Of a DNA stretch of 64,000 bases, positions 51,521-61,000 are shown piece by piece. The position numbers and the translations under genes are program-made. The notes beneath the pieces were generated by a model. That model did not search any database. It had not been told where the DNA came from and worked only from the letters and a program-made list of their open reading frames with translations. How positions within the stretch are numbered: the stretch's first letter is position 1; each line of letters begins with the position of its first letter. The DNA comes from a virus (taxonomy: Duplodnaviria; Caudoviricetes), in the IMG/VR virus record IMGVR_UViG_3300034128_000023, positions 147-64,146 of that record, one strand, 5' to 3'.

Positions 51521-54055
51521 ATGGCAAAGTCGATTTCGCTGGATTCAGGAACCCTGTACACCCCCGGGGGCTACGGGCAGTATAACGTCCAGAGCGCACA
51601 GTCCGGCCTCGCGACCACGGGTGTCTTGATGCTGGTCGGCGAAGCTGACAGCGGCCCCGACTTCACCCAGGAAGAGGACCTCGAGAAGAACGCCTTCGGT
51701 CCTGACCAGAAGGCCGAGGTCATGCTCAAGTACGGCTCGGGGGCTCTCGTAGATGCCTTCTGCGCCGCGGTTGTTGCCGCGAACGACCCAGACATCACCG
51801 GCAGTTTCTCGAGCTGCGTGCTGGTGAAGACCAACAAGAGCGAGCGCGCCACCGGAACCCTGCCCAAGATTGGCGGCGGGACCTATTCTGCCCTCGTGGC
51901 CAAGTCGGTTGGCGTCACCGGCAACGCGGTCTCGTTCCGCACCATCCAGGCCCAGGGCGAGACTCTCCCGACCACTGGCCCCTTCACCTTCATCTCGCCC
52001 GTCGGCAACCTCGACTACCGCATCCGTGCGAACGGCGGGGCCGCTGTCGGTGCCACGATTCCTGCCGGCTCCACGCCTGCCGGGTTTGTGAGTGCTGTCG
52101 ACGCACTGGTCGGCGTAGTTGCCACCGGTGGAGCGAACCGCAACCTTCTGACCTCCGCGGGTGGACGTTCCGTGGCTCTGACCGCCGCAGGCAACGTGGT
52201 CACCTTCGCAATCTCTGGCGGGGCCTGGGATAACATCCCGACCGTAGGCGACACCTTCCTGCTTCCTTTCGCGGCTCCTGCAGCTCTTCGTGGCGCTGGC
52301 GATGGGAACGTGGGCTCGTACGTGGTTGTCGCGGCCTCGTCGGCGAGCATTACCGCCACCAAGCTGAGCGACTACGACAGGGCCCTCGCGGTACCGGGCA
52401 CCATCACTCCTCCCGTGACCGTTCCTTTGACGGCGCTGGCTGTGACGGCCTCCACCGACCTTGTGGTGTACGGCTCGGTCACCGTGTCTGTCGATGCTGG
52501 CCCCGTGAATGACGGCGCAGGCAAGGCTCTCGAAATCGCCGAGCTGGTGAACGCCACCCCGGGTTCCGACCTTCTGTCTCGCACCGCATACGTCCTCGGA
52601 ACCACCACTCCGGTAACCTGGATGAGCAGGCCGCAGTCCGCCAAGCTCCTGACCTCGGCCACCGAGTACCAGGTGACTCTGAACGTCGCGAACTCCACGA
52701 CTCTCGCAACCGAGACCTTCACTGAGGGCGGCGAGATTGTCCTCAAGATGGGCTACGCTGGCGATACCGGCACCCTGACTGTCACAGACGACCTCCTCAC
52801 CACGACCGTCACTGGCGGCATTGGCGGGGACCTGACCCTCGACCTGAATACGTTCGGGTCCCTGCAGGCCCTGGCCGACTACATCAACTCGCGCCCCGGA
52901 TACACCTGCTCTGTGGGTACCGCAGCTCTTGGCCAGCTCCAGGCGTACGCTCTGGACGATGTCACCGTTGGCATCGCGGACCAGTGGGGCTCGCAGCCTG
53001 GCCGAGTGAAGGCGGACGGGTACCGATTCTTCAACGCAATCGACCAGGGCTCTGGCCTCGTGCAGCTTGGCGACCCCGCTTCGCCGAACGGCGCCGGGCT
53101 CCCCGACCTCATGGCGGGCGAAGAGTTCCTCGCTGGCGGCCTGCTGGGCGCAACGACCGACGCGGATGTCACTGCAGCGTACACCGCACTCGAAGAGGTC
53201 CGCGGGAACTTCCTGGTTCCTCTGTTCTCCCGTGACGCGAGTGCAGACGTCCTGGACGGCCTGACCGACACCTCGTCGACCTACACCATCACCGGAATCC
53301 ACACCGGTGCGAAGTCCCACGCCATTGCGATGTCGTCCATTAAGCGACGCCGCAACCGTCAGGCCTTCCTGAGCGTCGCGGACACTTTCGCAGCTTCGCA
53401 AGAGGTTGCGGCGAACATCGCGAGCTTCCGTAGCGCGATGGCGTTCGAGGACATTCGCGAGCCCAACGCCTTCGGCACCATCGAGCAGTTCCTGCCCTGG
53501 ATGGCGGCAGTGAAGGCAGCTTCGATGCAGGCTGCCGGGTTCTACAGAAACATCGAGTTCAAGGGCGTCAACATCGTGGGCTGTCTGCACCGCGACGGCA
53601 GCTTCCGACCCAAGAACGACACCCAGGTCGAGCAGGCCCTCAAGGCCGGACTCCTCATTCTCCGCCCCTCGCTTGATGGCGGGTATGTATTCGTGAGTGA
53701 CCAGACGACTTACGGTAAGGACTCGAACTTCGTCTTCAACTCCATCCAGGCCGTCTACGCTGCCGACACCATCACCTTGACGATGGCGATGCGGATGGAG
53801 AAGGCCATCGTCGGGCAGAGCGTCGCCGACATCAGCGCGCCAGCAGCCAAGGCCATCGCCGAAGGCGTCCTCGCTGACATGCTCAAGCTGAAGCTAATTG
53901 CGCCTTCGGACGATGGCGCCCCCAAGGGCTACAAGGACCTCTCCATCAAAATTGTCGGCAATGCACTGCTTGTTAATTGTGCCATCAAGCTTGCTACCGC
54001 AATCGACTTCGTAATTATTCAGTTCCAGGTCTCGCCGGTTCAGCAGTCGGCGTAA
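51521..54055 (+). CDS. contractile tail sheath protein
   Basis: TPGGY N-terminus, LVGEADSGP, GLLIL..., V.D.TTY, SIQAVYAAD, C-terminal IDFV.I. Confidence 0.9.
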   Translation: MAKSISLDSGTLYTPGGYGQYNVQSAQSGLATTGVLMLVGEADSGPDFTQEEDLEKNAFGPDQKAEVMLKYGSGALVDAFCAAVVAANDPDITGSFSSCVLVKTNKSERATGTLPKIGGGTYSALVAKSVGVTGNAVSFRTIQAQGETLPTTGPFTFISPVGNLDYRIRANGGAAVGATIPAGSTPAGFVSAVDALVGVVATGGANRNLLTSAGGRSVALTAAGNVVTFAISGGAWDNIPTVGDTFLLPFAAPAALRGAGDGNVGSYVVVAASSASITATKLSDYDRALAVPGTITPPVTVPLTALAVTASTDLVVYGSVTVSVDAGPVNDGAGKALEIAELVNATPGSDLLSRTAYVLGTTTPVTWMSRPQSAKLLTSATEYQVTLNVANSTTLATETFTEGGEIVLKMGYAGDTGTLTVTDDLLTTTVTGGIGGDLTLDLNTFGSLQALADYINSRPGYTCSVGTAALGQLQAYALDDVTVGIADQWGSQPGRVKADGYRFFNAIDQGSGLVQLGDPASPNGAGLPDLMAGEEFLAGGLLGATTDADVTAAYTALEEVRGNFLVPLFSRDASADVLDGLTDTSSTYTITGIHTGAKSHAIAMSSIKRRRNRQAFLSVADTFAASQEVAANIASFRSAMAFEDIREPNAFGTIEQFLPWMAAVKAASMQAAGFYRNIEFKGVNIVGCLHRDGSFRPKNDTQVEQALKAGLLILRPSLDGGYVFVSDQTTYGKDSNFVFNSIQAVYAADTITLTMAMRMEKAIVGQSVADISAPAAKAIAEGVLADMLKLKLIAPSDDGAPKGYKDLSIKIVGNALLVNCAIKLATAIDFVIIQFQVSPVQQSA

Positions 54056-55547
54056 TGGCTAGCTCCCAACGGATGGAGCCGCAATCCCAGATGCGGTCCC
54101 ATCCGTTGTCTTTCATAATGTCCCACTCTGTAGATTCCGGGGCTCCCCCGAACGTCGCAAGGGCTACGGACTTACGCCATCTAAAGCGATGCACGCGCTT
54201 TGCTGTGTTTTTTTCAAAATACCAGTACGACGGAGGGTTCTCGCGTGTCTGGGAAAACCCCAGCGCGCGATAAAGATTCCCGTTGGACCACCTGTTGTCG
54301 CTGTAGGAAACAAGAGACCGTGCCTCTGGGTGCAGCCTGCGCCACGCGGATATCAGCTTTCCTGCTCCTCCGGACACCGTAACCCCAGGCCGAACGCAGT
54401 ATCTCGCCAACTCCCAAACCCCCTCCTTGTTTTTGGACCCCCGACTGGCGTTTGGACGAGCAAAAATCGCCGCCGCAAGCGTGGCACCTTCTGAGTCCGC
54501 CAAGGAAAACACCTCACCTCCCACCGAGCCTTGCAGGTGGTATTGGGCCACAAAGTCTCTACCAGCCGAGACGGCGACGGTGAGTGTCCTAGCGCCAACG
54601 CGCCGATGCGTCACACCCAGGATTGCCCCCAAATACCCGAGTACGACCTCCTTGCGACATACCCATTCGTCCTCGAATATTGTGATGAGCCGGACGTTTC
54701 GTGCCCTAGCCTCTTGGAGCTTAAGCAAATGCTTGCGGCGCGCATCTGGGCCGTTCCAGACTTCACCATGCCACCACAGACCGCAGTATTCTATGCCGAC
54801 ACGCAGGGAGGGAATCCATAGGTCCATCTCCAGACCGTCAAGCTCGGTCCTGTCGTTCCGCGCGATGGCGATGCCCGGGATTAGGTCTTGAAGGGCCGCG
54901 CACAGCTCGCCCTCTGCGAAGCTCTTGACGCACCCGCACGAGCGGGTTCTATAAAAAAGCAGGTTGTTGATGGATGTACTAAAAACGGTGCCGCACCTGC
55001 ATTCGAAATTCCATACTCCGCGGGCAGTGGTGTCGAATACGAAACCCTCCCCTGCGGGAATATTAAGTGCCTTGATATTGTTCTGGGCACAAACTTCAAG
55101 TACGTTTTTCCAGGTGTGCGTCGCGCATCCGTTAGGCTTCCCCCGGCGAGCAAGTCCAGCTTTCTGTCGTAACTCTTTTATGTCGGCGACGTCACACAGG
55201 GGCTCTTTTCCGGCCCTGAACCTGGCGGCCGAAACCTCCCTCTCTACCCCATTCCTCACGTTCTTCGCCAAGATAAAATGGTGACCGTCCCGTATTCCTA
55301 CAGACCGCACCCACACGACATCGCCTATCTGCATCCCCTCTCCGACAAACGACGGTTTTTTCCTGGGATTGCGAGAAAGCTCGCACCGACGACAGAAATG
55401 GCCACCAAGCACATTGTAGACGTAAAAACGGGACCGATGTCCGCCGGGGCAGGTCGCGGAGATATAGTGCCCCTCTAGGCCCTGTACGGAATATCCAAGC
55501 CCCGATAGCACCTCCAGGGCCTCTTGGGTCTTGCGCGGACTAGCCAT
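54015..55547 (-). CDS. free-standing Hef-like endonuclease: Zn fingers, PD-(D/E)xK core, GNAT/Mom-like C-terminal domain
   Basis: ELDGLEMDLWIP...GIEYCGLWWH; ELARYC...GGAGKL...SYSDNRWSNGNLY..LGF; IWDCG. Confidence 0.8.
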   Translation of the reverse strand: MASPRKTQEALEVLSGLGYSVQGLEGHYISATCPGGHRSRFYVYNVLGGHFCRRCELSRNPRKKPSFVGEGMQIGDVVWVRSVGIRDGHHFILAKNVRNGVEREVSAARFRAGKEPLCDVADIKELRQKAGLARRGKPNGCATHTWKNVLEVCAQNNIKALNIPAGEGFVFDTTARGVWNFECRCGTVFSTSINNLLFYRTRSCGCVKSFAEGELCAALQDLIPGIAIARNDRTELDGLEMDLWIPSLRVGIEYCGLWWHGEVWNGPDARRKHLLKLQEARARNVRLITIFEDEWVCRKEVVLGYLGAILGVTHRRVGARTLTVAVSAGRDFVAQYHLQGSVGGEVFSLADSEGATLAAAIFARPNASRGSKNKEGVWELARYCVRPGVTVSGGAGKLISAWRRLHPEARSLVSYSDNRWSNGNLYRALGFSQTRENPPSYWYFEKNTAKRVHRFRWRKSVALATFGGAPESTEWDIMKDNGWDRIWDCGSIRWELAITPTAEPARPGTE

Positions 55548-55600
55548 GGTTCGATTGTACCACAAAGCAGGGTAATCTGACAGACCAAAGGAGATTTTTG
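55548..55600. promoter_or_regulatory. divergent early (minus) and late (plus) promoters
   Basis: minus TGGTACAAT-N6-ATG; plus GTAATCT 55572-55578 and AAGGAG SD. Confidence 0.7.
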
Positions 55601-56071
55601 ATGGCTTCCAAAATTATGACCGGGGCGAGAGGTAAGGTGTATATTGCCGACCCGAATACTGGCAAGCCCGAGCTGGTTGGGGTCTTCCATACTATCAGTT
55701 GGGGCTTGACTTTCGACGTTCAGCCAGCTTTCATTCTGGGCCGATTCAGCCCAGACGAGCTGGTCTACACGGCACAGGAGCCAATCGGCGTTCAGTGCGC
55801 CGGCTTCAAGGTCGTCGGCGCTGGCGTGCACAAGCTGATGAAGATGGCCAACACCCGGGACCTGCTCACCCACGAGTACCTCTCGCTTGTCATCGTTGAC
55901 CGTCAGACCGGCCGCGACATCGCCAAGATTCACAGCGTGCGCCCTGTGAGCTACAACACGACCCTGAACGCCCGGCAGATGGAAGAGATTTCCGTCAACT
56001 ACATGGGCCTCCTGGTCGACGACGAAGACACGCAAAATTCCGAGCGAGCAGACGCAGCAACCATGCCGTAA
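55601..56071 (+). CDS. tail tube protein
   Basis: MASKIMTGARGKV...LG...P.E; size and position after sheath. Confidence 0.8.
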   Translation: MASKIMTGARGKVYIADPNTGKPELVGVFHTISWGLTFDVQPAFILGRFSPDELVYTAQEPIGVQCAGFKVVGAGVHKLMKMANTRDLLTHEYLSLVIVDRQTGRDIAKIHSVRPVSYNTTLNARQMEEISVNYMGLLVDDEDTQNSERADAATMP

Positions 56072-56091
56072 CTGTCAGCTCCCAGTCTCCA

Positions 56092-56120
56092 AGCCCCGGC
56101 CTAACCCGCCGGGGCTTTTT
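56092..56120 (+). terminator. intrinsic terminator
   Basis: AGCCCCGGC-CTAACCC-GCCGGGGCT-TTTT. Confidence 0.9.
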
Positions 56121-56125
56121 GTATT

Positions 56126-56428
56126 TCAGCGGAGATAGCCGAGTTCGACCAGCTTCGAAATCATCGTGTCGCCATTCAGCAGGAACTGGCCTTTCTGCGG
56201 CTCCACAACAACCCCCTGCTCGACCATGCTTCGCAGCATGGCTGCCTGGCGCCTGGAAGACACACCGACAGCGGCGGCGAAATCCTTCCGCGACATCGGG
56301 ACCTCGGTAGACATCATAGAGAAGAAGGCTCTTCGGACGTCATCGACCGGCATCTTGCGAGGCTTCTTGATGCCCAGAGCCTTGCGGATTTGCGTTGCTG
56401 TTCGCGGCTTAATCGTGACCGTTCTCAT
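56126..56428 (-). CDS. winged-HTH-like protein
   Basis: SRKDFAAAVGVS...MLRSMVEQGVV. Confidence 0.6.
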   Translation of the reverse strand: MRTVTIKPRTATQIRKALGIKKPRKMPVDDVRRAFFSMMSTEVPMSRKDFAAAVGVSSRRQAAMLRSMVEQGVVVEPQKGQFLLNGDTMISKLVELGYLR

Positions 56429-56610
56429 GGAATCACCACCACCTTCATCACAGCGTAGAGGTCCCTCTCCTGCTTCGCGAGGGCCCGAATCGAGGACTCG
56501 ATGACGGACGGGGCGCAGGGGCCGAGCACGTTTCCCAGGACCTCGAGAAGGTGCCTAACATCGACCGAGGTCTTGATGGCTGACTCGAGTTGCTCCACTT
56601 GCTCGCTCAT
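56425..56610 (-). CDS. hypothetical protein
   Basis: ATGA-coupled ORF. Confidence 0.6.
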   Translation of the reverse strand: MSEQVEQLESAIKTSVDVRHLLEVLGNVLGPCAPSVIESSIRALAKQERDLYAVMKVVVIP

Positions 56611-56939
56611 CGGACGGCCGCCAGGTCCTCGGGGGAAAGCCCGAACGCGGACGCAAGAGCGCGAGCGTTGCCGTCGAGAATCGCCTGGAACTCGGCGGTC
56701 CGACCGTCCATGGTGAGTCGGGGGAACAGCGAGGCCCCGCCGTGCACGTACACGGTGCCGTGGCGACCGGTCGGGTCCTTGACCTCCTTGTTGCCCTCCT
56801 GGAGGGTGTCGACGAACCAGAACTTGACCAGGTCCGAATAGCCACGGTGGGTGACCTCGTCGTGGCGGAAGTTGATTGCCCGCGAGAGGGTCAGGAAACG
56901 GCGAGGGGGGAAAGCGTTGGAGTGCAGCTCGATTGCCAT
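56607..56939 (-). CDS. hypothetical protein
   Basis: SD AAGGAG; 110 aa. Confidence 0.7.
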   Translation of the reverse strand: MAIELHSNAFPPRRFLTLSRAINFRHDEVTHRGYSDLVKFWFVDTLQEGNKEVKDPTGRHGTVYVHGGASLFPRLTMDGRTAEFQAILDGNARALASAFGLSPEDLAAVR

Positions 56940-56963
56940 GGTGTTGCTCCTTGGGGTGATGCG

Positions 56964-57251
56964 TTATTCTTCGTTGGGGGTCGGGGAGTAGGGGTGGACA
57001 TCGGCGCCAAAATCGAGGAGTGCCTCGAGGCGCTCGAGCTGCTCCTTGTTCGCGTCAATCTTGGCCAGAGCGAGTCGGCTCACGCGGTTCTGGGCCTCAA
57101 TGGGTGTTCGGAACCAGTCCTTTTTGCCAATCATCTGCCCGAGACCGTTCGTTTCGGGCCGGATGAAGAGACGTCCGTCTCTGACCTCGCAGATTTCGTC
57201 AGGGACCGCTACAATTCCAGTCGTCAGGGCGCATTTCGTATGGTAGTACAT
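56964..57251 (-). CDS. hypothetical protein
   Basis: MYYHTKCALT.GI...DWFRT..EA. Confidence 0.7.
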   Translation of the reverse strand: MYYHTKCALTTGIVAVPDEICEVRDGRLFIRPETNGLGQMIGKKDWFRTPIEAQNRVSRLALAKIDANKEQLERLEALLDFGADVHPYSPTPNEE

Positions 57252-57446
57252 TTATAATCCGATTGCGAGACAGGTAATGTAGCATCCGACGGCGTGGGGC
57301 TCAGCGAGACCGCCCTTGGCGAGCTTGCAGTAGTCCACCCAGAGGGGTTTGTTGTGCGCGGTCTGGGCCCAGGCCTGAATGGACTTCGACTCGACGAACT
57401 TGAGGGCTGACTCGAAGAGGGCCACTGCTTCTTTGTCGCTTTTCAT
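57252..57446 (-). CDS. hypothetical protein
   Basis: TTGACA-N17-CATATT-N6-ATG upstream. Confidence 0.6.
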   Translation of the reverse strand: MKSDKEAVALFESALKFVESKSIQAWAQTAHNKPLWVDYCKLAKGGLAEPHAVGCYITCLAIGL

Positions 57447-57477
57447 GGTGGGAATATGCTCGCTTTCTTCTTTGCTG

Positions 57478-57669
57478 TCAAGCCCACCACTTGAGGTCGG
57501 CTGGGGTGGTGCCGCGGGGGATACGGATGGGACGGCCGGATGACCAGGGCTGACAGATGGGGCAGTAGGGCCTGCCCCCGGAAGTCGCCCACATCAAGGT
57601 CTCGGGATGGGGAGTCTTCTTCCCCGCGCAGGTCTTAGGGAAGAAAACGACCTCGACGCGGTCACTCAC
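57478..57669 (-). CDS. small Cys/His protein
   Basis: CAGKKTPH...YCPIC. Confidence 0.55.
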   Translation of the reverse strand: MSDRVEVVFFPKTCAGKKTPHPETLMWATSGGRPYCPICQPWSSGRPIRIPRGTTPADLKWWA

Positions 57670-57916
57670 AGAACACCACGAAGCCCTTCACGGTCCAACG
57701 GGTGAAGGTGGCGGCGCTCAGGTGCCCCACCTCCATCTTCACGGGCACGCCAGCCGCGCGCAAAACCTCGGCCGCTGCCTCCTTCCCCGTGGCATGCATG
57801 GTGTCGATGGCCTGCCGACACGTCTCGAGGCCGACCTTGAACCCCTTGCGGGCCAGCTCGAGCTGCGTCTCGGAGGCCTCGTTCGTGTGGTGCTTCTCCA
57901 ACGGATTGGCTGTCAT
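57662..57916 (-). CDS. hypothetical protein
   Basis: TTGACA-N18-TATAGG, SD AGGAGG. Confidence 0.65.
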   Translation of the reverse strand: MTANPLEKHHTNEASETQLELARKGFKVGLETCRQAIDTMHATGKEAAAEVLRAAGVPVKMEVGHLSAATFTRWTVKGFVVFCE

Positions 57917-57957
57917 GGTGGTCCTCCTATACAGCGGTCTTGGGTGCCTTGTCAAGC

Positions 57958-58494
57958 TCAGTGGGTCGCGATGAGGGCTGCCGTAAGGGCCACAATCGGG
58001 ATGGCGATGGCACCGACGGGGACCATGACCTCGCCGTACCGGTGGGCATCCCCGTTCGGCGACCAGGCCGAGAAGAGCCACTTGGTCATGTCCACCAGCG
58101 AGGCCAGCATTTCCGTCAGAAACATCCCCTTGAGAATCTCGCTGTCGGTGTTGCGGTAAGCAATCGCCGCGCCAATCATCCAGACAGCCTCGGTGATGGC
58201 GGGGGCTGCATGGATGAGGGGAGCTGCCCGGTCGGCCAGGTCGCCAGACCGGAACTGGCTCACGGTGTAGCCAAAGGTGAGGTTCCCGTGCTGCGTCGAC
58301 GGCCAGACCTCGAAGTTCGTCACCTGCCCACCGTATGCGACCGCGGCCAGGGCGTGGGACCCCTCGTGGATGGTGGTGTGCAGGAAGAAGGAAGGAATCG
58401 CCCAGACACCGGCGGCGATGAGCTGCTTGGCGGGGGACGGCGAGGGGCTGGAGGGGGTCGCGACGAGGAGGAGGGCGAGAGCGGTGGAGAGCAT
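57958..58494 (-). CDS. membrane metallopeptidase, M50-like
   Basis: IHEGSHALAA..YGG, AAP; hydrophobic segments; TTGACC-N17-TATTAA-N6-ATG upstream. Confidence 0.75.
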   Translation of the reverse strand: MLSTALALLLVATPSSPSPSPAKQLIAAGVWAIPSFFLHTTIHEGSHALAAVAYGGQVTNFEVWPSTQHGNLTFGYTVSQFRSGDLADRAAPLIHAAPAITEAVWMIGAAIAYRNTDSEILKGMFLTEMLASLVDMTKWLFSAWSPNGDAHRYGEVMVPVGAIAIPIVALTAALIATH

Positions 58495-58542
58495 GTTGAA
58501 TTAATACTCCGACCAGGCAGGTAGGTCAAGGGCCCCTTCACG

Positions 58543-58548
58543 TAATCT
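58543..58548 (+). promoter_or_regulatory. putative late promoter TAATCT
   Basis: GTAATCT-GAATTGT-ATG. Confidence 0.7.
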
Positions 58549-58555
58549 GAATTGT

Positions 58556-58897
58556 ATGTCGAATGACGATTTTTCCCTCTTTTTGCAGGCGTTGAACGAC
58601 CGCCTCCAATCCCTAGATGAAAAAATGGACAGCAAGTTTGAAAAAGTAGGAGACAAACTCGACGGAATTGAGCGCCGGGTCGACTCAATCGACACGACAT
58701 TGGTCAAGCAGGCCGAGCAGCTTGAGCATCACATCAAGAGGACAGACCTTCTTGAGGGGATGATTAAACCCGTCACCACGGCATGGACTGTTGTTCGTTG
58801 GGGCGGCCTTCCTTTGCTGGTGGTAGCTGTCGTGCTGTTCGCTCTGTTGGGGGTCGAAGTCGCCCCGCTGCTGAAACTCCTGTTGACGCTTTTCTGA
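58556..58897 (+). CDS. coiled-coil plus TM protein (holin/XhlA-like)
   Basis: Heptad N-terminus, C-terminal hydrophobic helix. Confidence 0.55.
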   Translation: MSNDDFSLFLQALNDRLQSLDEKMDSKFEKVGDKLDGIERRVDSIDTTLVKQAEQLEHHIKRTDLLEGMIKPVTTAWTVVRWGGLPLLVVAVVLFALLGVEVAPLLKLLLTLF

Positions 58898-58904
58898 GGT
58901 TCGT

Positions 58905-59183
58905 ATGCAGTCAATCACTACCGATGGCGGCTTCAGGTCCCGCAAGCTGTGGCTTGCGATTTTCTGTATCGGTGTGATTTCCGTAGGTTACGGAGTCGCT
59001 GGCGTCTGGGCAACCCTCGCTGCCGTGTACGGCGAGTTCGTGATGGGTGTGCTTGCAGCGGCCGGTATCTACAGCGGCAGCAACGTGGTAGCCAAGCACC
59101 TGTTCATGAAGGCCGCCAAGAAGGTCAAGAAGAAGGTCGCCGCACCGCCCGCCGACCCGCCGGTCGAGCCTGCTCCCCAATAA
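58905..59183 (+). CDS. holin-like protein
   Basis: SRKLWLA, two TM segments, basic C-terminus. Confidence 0.65.
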   Translation: MQSITTDGGFRSRKLWLAIFCIGVISVGYGVAGVWATLAAVYGEFVMGVLAAAGIYSGSNVVAKHLFMKAAKKVKKKVAAPPADPPVEPAPQ

Positions 59184-59349
59184 GCTCGGTGGCCCGGTAG
59201 AGCTTCTCGGTGAGGTCTGCGAAGACTTTTTCGATGCTCGGCGTGAGAGTGCCCCTAGCTGAGGCGTACCCGTAGTCGACCGCAAGGTCGAGGACGTCGT
59301 CGACCATCTCCCGAACGAACTCCTGACGCAGGTCTTGTTCTGTCTTCAT
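59125..59349 (-). CDS. hypothetical protein
   Basis: 74 aa ORF, ATGA-coupled. Confidence 0.55.
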   Translation of the reverse strand: MKTEQDLRQEFVREMVDDVLDLAVDYGYASARGTLTPSIEKVFADLTEKLYRATELIGEQARPAGRRAVRRPSS

Positions 59350-59534
59350 GGGATGAGCCCGTACTTCATCATGACCACGACCAGCGGCAGGATGGAGGCA
59401 GCCAGGATGGTCGCCCCGAGAGCGAGGATAAGGACGGCCGCCCCCGCCTTCTTGGCGATGGGGAACGAGGGATGGGAAAGGATGATGGCGACGGGAAGAA
59501 TGATGCCGAGGGCGACGGACTTCTTGATGGACAC
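59346..59534 (-). CDS. small membrane protein
   Basis: GTG after AGGAG; two hydrophobic helices. Confidence 0.55.
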   Translation of the reverse strand: MSIKKSVALGIILPVAIILSHPSFPIAKKAGAAVLILALGATILAASILPLVVVMMKYGLIP

Positions 59535-59535
59535 G

Positions 59536-59727
59536 TTAGGACTCCTTCTTGGGGGTGGGGACGGCCAGGTGATACTCGCCCCGGTCAGCGCATTCGGGGC
59601 AGCTGTACCCCTCAGAGAGCTTCCTTCCGCACTCGGGGCAGCAGTAGCTGCGGGGCGCGCTGCGTCCGACCGGCTCGTAGCCGGCATTGAGGGGAGGGAA
59701 ACGACGAGCCGCGGTGAGGGAGGGCAT
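59536..59727 (-). CDS. double Zn-ribbon small protein
   Basis: CPECG...CPEC; TTGACA-N18-TACTAA-N7-ATG upstream. Confidence 0.7.
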   Translation of the reverse strand: MPSLTAARRFPPLNAGYEPVGRSAPRSYCCPECGRKLSEGYSCPECADRGEYHLAVPTPKKES

Positions 59728-59747
59728 GGACAAATTAGTACCACGCC

Positions 59748-60200
59748 TCAGCTCTGCCTGTCAAGCGACCTCAAGGCCTCGTCGAGAACTCTGGCCTCAC
59801 GGTCACCGGCCAGACGGAGCCCCCGCTGGTAGGCGGCGTCCCTAAGCCCGGACCAGTCGGCGGTGGGGTCCATCTCATCGTAGAACCCCAGCCCCTGCTC
59901 TAGAGCGGGGAACCCGTCAAGCTCTCGCTGTATCTGCGAAAAAAGGTCGTCTGTCTGACCCGCCCTCACCCACATTTCCAGCCCCACCCGGTCCCGGGTG
60001 CGGTAGGTCACCCAGTCCAGTTGGCGCGCTCGCCTTCTGCCCCACGCAGGAGCCACGGTCATGCCGTTAATCTTGCCCCGAATCCCCAGAACCCACAGAC
60101 GGAGAGCGTCCGCGGGGGCGACAAGCTGCAGAGCGAAGCCGGCCTCCATCAGCAAGTCGACCGCCACGGCGTCGTGGTCCGAGAAGTAGGTGAGCTGCAC
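59748..60200 (-). CDS. hypothetical protein
   Basis: Extended -10 TGCTATACT-N7-GTG upstream. Confidence 0.6.
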   Translation of the reverse strand: MQLTYFSDHDAVAVDLLMEAGFALQLVAPADALRLWVLGIRGKINGMTVAPAWGRRRARQLDWVTYRTRDRVGLEMWVRAGQTDDLFSQIQRELDGFPALEQGLGFYDEMDPTADWSGLRDAAYQRGLRLAGDREARVLDEALRSLDRQS

Positions 60201-60217
60201 GGAGACGAGTATAGCAC

Positions 60218-60751
60218 CTACGGCTCGTACCTCTCCGCTTCCCGTCGCGTCCGAAAAAAGTGGATGCCGGGCGCGCACTCGGTCCTGGGGTCGGGATTGT
60301 AGTCGGAGCACGCCACCTCTTCGCCCACCGCATACAGGAAGTCCGGGGAATAGAGGGACCGGAAAGGTCCTGGGGAGCCGCAGGTCGCCCTCAGAACGCA
60401 GGCGCGGTCACACCGGCATTTGTTGCTGGTGAGCGTCGCGGTCCGGTTGCCGGTGATTAGTAATTCGAGGACCACGCCGTTTCGTACCTTTTTCCACCCA
60501 GGCAGGTCTCCGGGCGGGAGCTGGAAGTCGGGCAGCTTTGCGTTGTGGAGGTTGACCCCCTCCATGTCGGCATTTTGGAGATTCGTCTCTCGGAGGTCGG
60601 CTCCCTCCAAGTCTGCCTCTTCCAAGTCTGCCTCTTCCAGGTTGGCCCCGTAGAGGTCCGTCCCTCTAAGGTCCGCTCCGAACAAATCCGCCCTGTACAG
60701 GTCTGCGCCAGGTCCAATTTCAAACTCTACCCCGTCGATTGTTTGCAGCAT
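60218..60751 (-). CDS. pentapeptide-repeat protein with DUF5758-like C-terminus
   Basis: A(D/N)Lxx repeats; KCRC..A.V...ECAPGIHFF.TR.EA..Y. Confidence 0.85.
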   Translation of the reverse strand: MLQTIDGVEFEIGPGADLYRADLFGADLRGTDLYGANLEEADLEEADLEGADLRETNLQNADMEGVNLHNAKLPDFQLPPGDLPGWKKVRNGVVLELLITGNRTATLTSNKCRCDRACVLRATCGSPGPFRSLYSPDFLYAVGEEVACSDYNPDPRTECAPGIHFFRTRREAERYEP

Positions 60752-61000
60752 GGGGACCCCCCGGTATGTTGGGGTTTGATTGCCCCAGTACGAAGAGAGT
60801 ACACTCCCCCACCCTGCGCTGTCAATCAGGTAGACGCACTTTCTGTACGTCACTTTGATGGACTGTACCCGACCGCGCATCGCCCGTCAACCGGATTCAA
60901 CCATTGCTGTTAGCGCTAGAACTAATGGGAGGCAGAAGATTCTTTTGGGCGTATGGTGTCGTTTCGTACCCAATGAGTCATACGCGACCACAATCCCGCG

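Noticed and set aside
60880-61000. AT-richer intergenic stretch with GCGTATG/CATACGC pairing as an ncRNA
   Set aside because: Only short competing 6-7 bp helices, and the region already contains promoter elements; not enough to call
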